Assembly: GCA_963733095.1 (NCBI GenBank)
Contig: CAVTBV010000016.1
Location: 32,001-96,000, forward strand
DNA: 64,000 bases
Direction: 5' to 3'
From: Candidatus Bathyarchaeota archaeon
GTDB taxonomy: Archaea > Thermoproteota > Bathyarchaeia > Bathyarchaeales > Bathycorpusculaceae
The translations under genes were made by a program, and so were the position numbers. The first letter of the stretch is position 1. Each line of letters starts with the position of its first letter. The notes beneath the pieces were generated by a model. The model searched no databases and was not told the DNA's origin. It saw only the letters and a list, made by a program, of their open reading frames with translations. Of the stretch, positions 57,768 through 64,000 are shown piece after piece.

Positions 57768-59222
57768 TTGATGAGCCACCCCCAAGCTCAAACCAAGCCT
57801 GTTGCAGGTTTAGGCAAGCATACTAACATTGTTTTAGGCATTGTTATGCTTGGAACCATGATGGGCGCACTTGACAGCACGATTGTTCTGTTGGCATTTC
57901 CAGTCATAAACGACAGCCTCCATTCGGATTTGGCAACCTCTATTTGGATTATACTTTCTTATTTGTTGATTCTTGCGGTTGCGACTACGCAGATGGGCAG
58001 AATAGGCGACATCTACGGGCGCAGCAGAATATTCAATTTAGGCTTCGTAATCTTCACAGTTGGCTCAGCACTGTGCGGTTTTTCACCCCACATCTACCCG
58101 CTCATAGCCTTCAGGGGAGTCCAAGCGGTAGGTGGAGCCATCATGCAAGCCACCAGCGGAGCAATCATAGCAGACTATTTCCCAAGAGAAAAACGCGGCA
58201 AAGCCTACGGCTACAACGCACTGGGCTACACAAGCGGAGCCATGCTAGGCATCATTTTAGGCGGAGTACTCACCACATTCATCAGTTGGCAATACATCTT
58301 TTTCATCAACATCCCCATCGGCATAGTTGCCATAATATTCGGGTTAAAGTATCTCAAGGACGCCGAGCGGATACCTGCTAAACTGGATCTATCAGGTGTA
58401 GGACTGCTGGCTTCCGCGCTTGTTCTGCTGTCTTTGGGACTGGTAAATTTTGCCAGCCAAGGACTAAGCGTACTCAACGCTTCTTTAGCGGCGGCTGGAG
58501 CAGTATTGATACCTATTTTCATCATGTATGACAAGCGACTAAAGAATCCCATGATTGATTTTGAAGCCTTCAAGAACAAGGTTTTACGCAACGCCATCTT
58601 CTCAGCGTTTTTCCTAAGCATCGGCTACTTCAGCGTGGTTTTCTTGGTGATTATGTATTTGCAGGGAATAAGGGGGCTTTCTCCGCTTGACGCCTCGCTT
58701 CTGCTGGTGCCCGGATACGTTGCAGGTAGCTTTCTTGGGCCAATCATGGGCAGACTTTCCGACAAGTACGGTTCAAGAGAAATCGCAAGTCTTGGCGTAT
58801 TTTTCTTAGCGCTCGCCATTTTAGTTTACCTGACAATGAGTACAACATCGCCGCTGTACATCGTTCTAATTGCTTCGGCAATCTCAGGCTTGGGAACTTC
58901 AATGTTTTTCCCAGCCAACAACAGCGCCGTCATGGCAAATGCTCGGATAGGCGGCTATGGAAGCATCTCAGGGTTACTTAGGACCGTCCAAAACATTGGG
59001 TTAGTTGGCAGTTTCGTTTTGGCGATCTCAGTTGCGGCAGCCTCGATTCCAAGACAGGTGGCATTTGAAGTTTTCATCGGAACCTCAAATTTGAGTGGCG
59101 GCGTAAGTGATGCTTTTCTTTTCGGGATACATAACGCATTCTTTGCCTCAATTGCCATCCTCGTGGTCGCTGGAATTTTATCGTTAAGCAGGGGCAGAGA
59201 AAGTCGCAAAGAAGCCAGATAA
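57768..59222 (+). CDS. MFS transporter (DHA2/14-TM type)
   Basis: D.TIV, GRIGDIYGR, WQYIFFINIPIG. Confidence 0.93.
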   Translation: MMSHPQAQTKPVAGLGKHTNIVLGIVMLGTMMGALDSTIVLLAFPVINDSLHSDLATSIWIILSYLLILAVATTQMGRIGDIYGRSRIFNLGFVIFTVGSALCGFSPHIYPLIAFRGVQAVGGAIMQATSGAIIADYFPREKRGKAYGYNALGYTSGAMLGIILGGVLTTFISWQYIFFINIPIGIVAIIFGLKYLKDAERIPAKLDLSGVGLLASALVLLSLGLVNFASQGLSVLNASLAAAGAVLIPIFIMYDKRLKNPMIDFEAFKNKVLRNAIFSAFFLSIGYFSVVFLVIMYLQGIRGLSPLDASLLLVPGYVAGSFLGPIMGRLSDKYGSREIASLGVFFLALAILVYLTMSTTSPLYIVLIASAISGLGTSMFFPANNSAVMANARIGGYGSISGLLRTVQNIGLVGSFVLAISVAAASIPRQVAFEVFIGTSNLSGGVSDAFLFGIHNAFFASIAILVVAGILSLSRGRESRKEAR

Positions 59223-59280
59223 ACCTAAAGCCTAAAAACGCTAACCACCTAATTCTAATATTGCTTGGTGAAAGCATCGC

Positions 59281-60234
59281 TTGACTAAAATCAAATTTGG
59301 TGTATTCCTACCATTCTACGCTTTCCAAGCCAAAACGCCAACCGAACATTTTGAAATCCTAAAGAACACAGTTTTAGAAAGCGAACAGTTGGGTTATGAC
59401 TCGGTTTGGCTCGACGACCACTTAATGTACAATAACTGGTCCATCCTTGAATCCTGGACAACCCTGTCTGCGTTTGCTATGTTAACCAGCAAGATAAGGG
59501 TAGGAACTATGGTTTCCTGCATCCAGCACAGAAACCCCGGTTTACTCGCCAAGTCCGCCGCTACCCTTGACGCCATTTCGAACGGCAGGTTAGAGTTGGG
59601 CATCGGGACAGGAGTTCAAGAGGCTGAGCATGTTGCTTATGGATTTGACTTCCCAAAGCTAAGCCTTAGAGCAGAGCGGCTGGGGGAGGCTTTAGAAGTC
59701 ATAACTCGGTTGTGGACACAAGAAAAAGCAAGCTACAAAGGAAAACACTACGCGCTTAAAGACGCCATTTGCGAACCCAAGCCCATGCAGAAGCCCCATC
59801 CACCCATAACTGTCGGCGGTTGCGAAGAAAAGCACACCCTGAAAGTCGCTGCAAAGTACTCGGACAGGTTCGACTGGGGTTTCCTGCCGACAGCGGACGC
59901 CTATAAGCGCAAACTTGGGGTTTTAGAGAACCACTGCAAAGCGGTGGGCAGGAATTTGGGGGAAATTGAGCGGTCATGCTGGCCAAGCGGGCAGATTTTG
60001 ATTGTCGAAGACCAAAAAGACATAGCTGAGAAGATTTCCAAATATAAGCTGCCAAATATGAGTGTAGAAGATTACAAGAAATCCACTTTGGCTGGGACTC
60101 CCGAAGAATGCGTGGAGAAGTTGCAGGTTTACATGGATTTAGGTGTGACTTATTTTATGCTGTACTTCGCTGATCTTCCAAGCACTGATGGGCTAAGGCT
60201 GTTTGCCAAAGCCATTGCCCAAAAAATTAGCTAG
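59281..60234 (+). CDS. LLM-class flavin/F420-dependent oxidoreductase
   Basis: GYDSVWLDDH, GRLELGIG.G, PKPMQKPHPPI.VGG. Confidence 0.92.
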   Translation: MTKIKFGVFLPFYAFQAKTPTEHFEILKNTVLESEQLGYDSVWLDDHLMYNNWSILESWTTLSAFAMLTSKIRVGTMVSCIQHRNPGLLAKSAATLDAISNGRLELGIGTGVQEAEHVAYGFDFPKLSLRAERLGEALEVITRLWTQEKASYKGKHYALKDAICEPKPMQKPHPPITVGGCEEKHTLKVAAKYSDRFDWGFLPTADAYKRKLGVLENHCKAVGRNLGEIERSCWPSGQILIVEDQKDIAEKISKYKLPNMSVEDYKKSTLAGTPEECVEKLQVYMDLGVTYFMLYFADLPSTDGLRLFAKAIAQKIS

Positions 60235-60581
60235 AGGTCTCCTCTGGCAATATGCGATAACTCGTGAACGATGATTTGGTCTATATTATGGTAAGGCTTT
60301 TCTCTAACTAAGATAATGTAGTCGGCGTCGTCGCTTTCGTCACCGTTAAACACACAGGCATCGGTGCCCTTAGTTGATAGAATCCTGCCCCATTCTTCAA
60401 TTTCCCGAAAATCATCCTCTGCGCAGTGGCGATGCTGCAAAACGTGGTTGAAATCGGCGTCGCTTAGCCTGAGAGCTTTAACTTTGGGCAGGGGTTTGTG
60501 GCTTAAGATTTTCCATGCGGCTGCGAGGCGACTTCTGGGTATACGTTCGGTTTTCATCTTGATTCCTGCAACTAAACTCAT
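60231..60581 (-). CDS. Small HExxH-motif protein
   Basis: IIVHELSHIA near the C-terminus. Confidence 0.6.
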   Translation of the reverse strand: MSLVAGIKMKTERIPRSRLAAAWKILSHKPLPKVKALRLSDADFNHVLQHRHCAEDDFREIEEWGRILSTKGTDACVFNGDESDDADYIILVREKPYHNIDQIIVHELSHIARGDL

Positions 60582-60739
60582 ACAACCACCGTTATGATAT
60601 TTTTCAGCAAAAAAGAGTCCTACCGCTTGGGGCAGGTCACTACAAAAATCAAAGCGTTTAGCCGTAAAAGTGTTTGCGGTAGTTGCGCTACTACCACAAC
60701 TAAGGTTGCCTACAAATAAGGGGGATAGATTTTTGAGAG

Positions 60740-62257
60740 CTATTGTTGCTTTTTGTGGTTGTAGTCGGTTGACAGCACGTTCATGCCGCTTAGTACTGCT
60801 TCCATGCTGGCTTTAACGATGTCTTCGCGGACACCCATCGCGGTGACAGTTCGGTTTCCCTTGCGCATGCGCACGACGACTTCAACCATGGCGTCTGTTC
60901 CGCCTGTGATGGCTTTAACGTTGTACTGTTCCAGCGTTATGGGTTCGGTTTCTTTTATGGCGTCTTTAACTGCGTTTATGGCTGCATCGACTGGTCCAAC
61001 GCCCACTGCAGTGCCCCAAACAACTTTGCCGTTTAGTTTAAGGCGAACCGAAGCTGTTGACGTGACTTTGTCGCCGCCAACATAAGTCATTTCTTCAAGC
61101 TGTATTGGCTTAACTCTATCCAAGCCCATGACGGTTTCAGCGATGGCAAGCACATCCGCATCCATGACGGTTTTGCCCTTGTCGCCCAGTTCTTTGATTC
61201 GCTGAAAAATCTCCTTAAACTGCGCTTCACTGGGTTTGATGCCCATGTACTCCAGGTTTGCCCGTATAGCGTGAGAACCTGAATGTTTGCCCGGTGAGAG
61301 TCGTCTTGTGCGTCCTACAAGCTCAGGTGTTATCGGCTCATAGGTTAGCGGGTTGGATAGCAAGCCTTGCGTGTGTATGCCTGATTCGTGGGTGAAAGCG
61401 TTTTCGCCGACTATGGCTTTGTTTGGCTGCACGTGAACTCCCGTTAACCGTGAAACCAGCTGCGAGGTTCCATAAAGCAACTCAGTTTTGATGTCAACAT
61501 CCAGTTTATAAAGCGACCGAAGAGTTATCACTATTTCTTCGAGCGCCGCGTTTCCTGCTCGTTCGCCTAAGCCGTTGATGGTTGCATGAACCTCTTCTGC
61601 GCCTGAACCTAAAGCAGCAACGCTGTTGGCGACTGCCATGCCGAAATCGTTGTGGCAATGCACGCCGACGGGAACTTTGATTTTTTCTTTAAGTTTGGAG
61701 AAGAACTCCGATGCACGTTCAGGCGTCAAGATGCCCACGGTGTCGCATGGAATTACCCTGTCCACACCAGCATCCACAGCTACCAGAAACACTTGGGTCA
61801 AGTACTCCATGTCTGAGCGGGTTGCGTCTTCAGCTAAAAGCTCCACCGTCAAGCCGTGGTCTTTAGCGTACCCGACAAGGTCTTGGGTGGTTTTTAGGAT
61901 TTGTTCGCGTGTTTTGTGGAGTTTACACTCGATGTGCAAATCAGAGGTTGGGATAATCATGGCTACTCCGGAAGCACCGCTCTTTAACACAGCGTCAACG
62001 TCGTTTTTTGTTCCCCTAGCGGCACTGTACACTTTAGCCTTCAAGCCTTGTTTAGCGATGAGGCTGACAGATTCCATTTCGCCCTCAGAAACCGCCGCAA
62101 ACCCAGCTTCGATAAAATCGACGCCAAGCTCGTCTAGCCGCTGGGCTATGCGCAGTTTATTTTCAGGTACAAGAGATACTCCGGGTGTTTGTTCACCATC
62201 ACGTAGGGTGGTGTCTAAAAACTTTACAGACTTAGGGAAGCGGTTGAATAAAGCAAT
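60740..62257 (-). CDS. 2-isopropylmalate/citramalate synthase (LeuA/CimA family)
   Basis: DTTLRDGEQTPG lies in frame upstream of the listed ORF; HCHNDFG, GERAGNA, HESGIH, C-terminal regulatory domain. Confidence 0.92.
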   Translation of the reverse strand: MALFNRFPKSVKFLDTTLRDGEQTPGVSLVPENKLRIAQRLDELGVDFIEAGFAAVSEGEMESVSLIAKQGLKAKVYSAARGTKNDVDAVLKSGASGVAMIIPTSDLHIECKLHKTREQILKTTQDLVGYAKDHGLTVELLAEDATRSDMEYLTQVFLVAVDAGVDRVIPCDTVGILTPERASEFFSKLKEKIKVPVGVHCHNDFGMAVANSVAALGSGAEEVHATINGLGERAGNAALEEIVITLRSLYKLDVDIKTELLYGTSQLVSRLTGVHVQPNKAIVGENAFTHESGIHTQGLLSNPLTYEPITPELVGRTRRLSPGKHSGSHAIRANLEYMGIKPSEAQFKEIFQRIKELGDKGKTVMDADVLAIAETVMGLDRVKPIQLEEMTYVGGDKVTSTASVRLKLNGKVVWGTAVGVGPVDAAINAVKDAIKETEPITLEQYNVKAITGGTDAMVEVVVRMRKGNRTVTAMGVREDIVKASMEAVLSGMNVLSTDYNHKKQQ

Positions 62258-62635
62258 ACCCCATTTAAATCACATTCATTTCCAAGGGTGCAAGCACAAA
62301 TATAAGAATTATGGTGATAAGCTCCACTGAAAGCGTCCTCCCGGCAGTTGGCTTAAAGTCTCAACGTGAGATCTGCTTTCTTTCACAGTTCATCTCACCC
62401 AAAATTGCGTGGCTTACCAACATAGTAGGATCCAAATAGCAAATCTATACAGAAACTATAGAGAGGGGGTCTACTTACCTAAGAAGGTAGGTCCTATTGG
62501 CGAAATACCACCCATCAGAATGCTGAAAATGCTTAAAAAAACCGATACCCACAACTCATCTTTTGAATGGTACTGCATAAAATTTAACAGCAACGCCAAG
62601 CAAATAGTCTGCGAGCATTCATTGAGGTATCTGAC

Positions 62636-64000
62636 TTGAAAAGTGACGCAATTAAGAAAGGAATTGAAAAAGCGCCTCACCGCGCCCTACTAAAATCACT
62701 TGGACTGCAAGACGATGACATAGCTAAACCCTTGATTGGGATTGCTAACAGCTACACAAACATCGTTCCCGGACACATTCACCTCCGCACCATTGGAGAA
62801 GCTGTAAAAGAAGGAATCCTTGCGGCGGGCGGCATACCCTTTGAGTTTAACACCATCGCGGTCTGCGACGGTATCGCCATGGGACATGAAGGTATGCGTT
62901 ACTCTTTGCCTTCGCGGGAAATCATCGCTGATTCCGTGGAGATTATGCTTCAAGCCCACAGCCTCGATGGATTGGTCATGATTTCGAATTGTGACAAAAT
63001 CACTCCTGGCATGCTCATGGCAGCCGCACGCGTAGACATCCCGGCGATTATGGTTACAGGGGGGCCCATGGCGGCAGGACGCCACCGCGGCAAAAAAATA
63101 AGTTACTCCGCAATGCCTGAAGCACTTGGGCAAGTCGCGGCGGGAAAAATGAGTGAAGGTGAACTTTGCGAGATGGAAGAAAACGCGTGTCCCGGATGCG
63201 GTAGCTGCAGCGGTATGTTCACTGCCAATACCATGGCATGCATGACTGAAGCGCTTGGATTGTCGCTGCCTTACTGCGCAACCTCACTTGCAAACAGCGC
63301 CTTCAAACTCCGGTTAGCCCGAGCTACAGGCAAACAAATAATCAAACTAATCAACGACGACCTCAAACCCTCACAAATCCTCACCAAACAAGCCTTCGAA
63401 AACGCCATCGCACTCGACATGGCACTTGGCGGCTCAACCAACACCACCCTCCACCTGCCAGCAATCGCTAAAGAAGCAGGCTTAACTGTGCCTCTGGCGG
63501 TTTTTGATGAAATCGGCAGAAAAGTTCCGCACTTATGCAGCATGATACCCAGCGGAATTTATGCGCTTGAAGATTTGGATGCGGCAGGCGGAATCCCTGC
63601 AGTTATGAATGAACTCAAAAGCCTCCTTAACCTAAACCTGCCCACAGTAACAGGGAAAACAGTCGGCGACAACATCAAAAACGCAATGGTCGTCGACAGA
63701 GAAGTCATCCACAGCCTCGCCGACCCCGTTCACAAGGAAGGCGGCATAGCCATCTTAACGGGCAACCTCTCACCCAAAGGCTCAGTCATAAAAACTGCAG
63801 GCGTCTCACCAAAAATGCAAAAACACACAGGCCCAGCAAAAGTTTACGATTCAGAAAAAGAAGCCCTAACAGCCATCCGCGGCGGCCAAATCAAAGCAGG
63901 TGACGTAGTCGTCATACGCTATGAAGGACCAAGAGGTGGACCTGGAATGCCAGAAATGCTGTTTCCAACCGCAACAATCGCCGGCATGGGCCTATCTGAG
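62636..64000 (+). CDS. ilvD: Dihydroxy-acid dehydratase (runs off the window end)
   Basis: TTG start after GAGGT; [69 protein letters not shown]. Confidence 0.96.
   Translation, partial: MKSDAIKKGIEKAPHRALLKSLGLQDDDIAKPLIGIANSYTNIVPGHIHLRTIGEAVKEGILAAGGIPFEFNTIAVCDGIAMGHEGMRYSLPSREIIADSVEIMLQAHSLDGLVMISNCDKITPGMLMAAARVDIPAIMVTGGPMAAGRHRGKKISYSAMPEALGQVAAGKMSEGELCEMEENACPGCGSCSGMFTANTMACMTEALGLSLPYCATSLANSAFKLRLARATGKQIIKLINDDLKPSQILTKQAFENAIALDMALGGSTNTTLHLPAIAKEAGLTVPLAVFDEIGRKVPHLCSMIPSGIYALEDLDAAGGIPAVMNELKSLLNLNLPTVTGKTVGDNIKNAMVVDREVIHSLADPVHKEGGIAILTGNLSPKGSVIKTAGVSPKMQKHTGPAKVYDSEKEALTAIRGGQIKAGDVVVIRYEGPRGGPGMPEMLFPTATIAGMGLSE

Noticed and set aside
33965-61085. Numerous antisense or alternative-frame ORFs over r-protein, hyp, ligase and leu genes
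   Set aside because: Shadows of well-supported genes, with no independent motifs
62696-63543. Minus-strand ORFs (145 aa and 90 aa)
   Set aside because: Antisense shadows of ilvD
1-64000. CRISPR array or cas genes
   Set aside because: No regularly spaced 25-45 bp direct repeats or cas-like ORFs seen

Overview
Archaeal genomic window, most likely Bathyarchaeia. This is inferred from the archaeal r-protein/secY/DUF106/cmk operon, an intron-containing tRNA and multicopy PQQ-like beta-propeller surface proteins with a 'WMEYxYMQ' motif. The window has two parts. (1) About 1-26.7 kb is an accessory region. It holds small regulators and decayed genes, including a remnant of the RadA-like/PolB2-accessory cassette, and a degenerate MGE-like segment with a ParB-like / ABC-type ATPase / GNAT module that has a candidate -1 frameshift signal. 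It also holds five large beta-propeller surface-protein genes whose termini, 5' leader hairpins and intergenic DNA (including a dispersed bulged-stem repeat) are more conserved than their coding cores. The region ends at a truncated GT2 gene. (2) About 26.7-64 kb is core genome: cmk, DUF106, secY, the uL22-to-uL15 r-protein cluster (several proteins with K/A/E/P-rich tails), a Na+/H+ antiporter, hypEDCF, an acyl-CoA ligase, a two-intron tRNA-Met, Hsp20, RPA, leuB-like, MFS, LLM oxidoreductase, leuA/cimA-like and ilvD. Many frameshifts in the left part fall in homopolymer runs and may be sequencing errors. All family assignments are by eye; no database searches were run.
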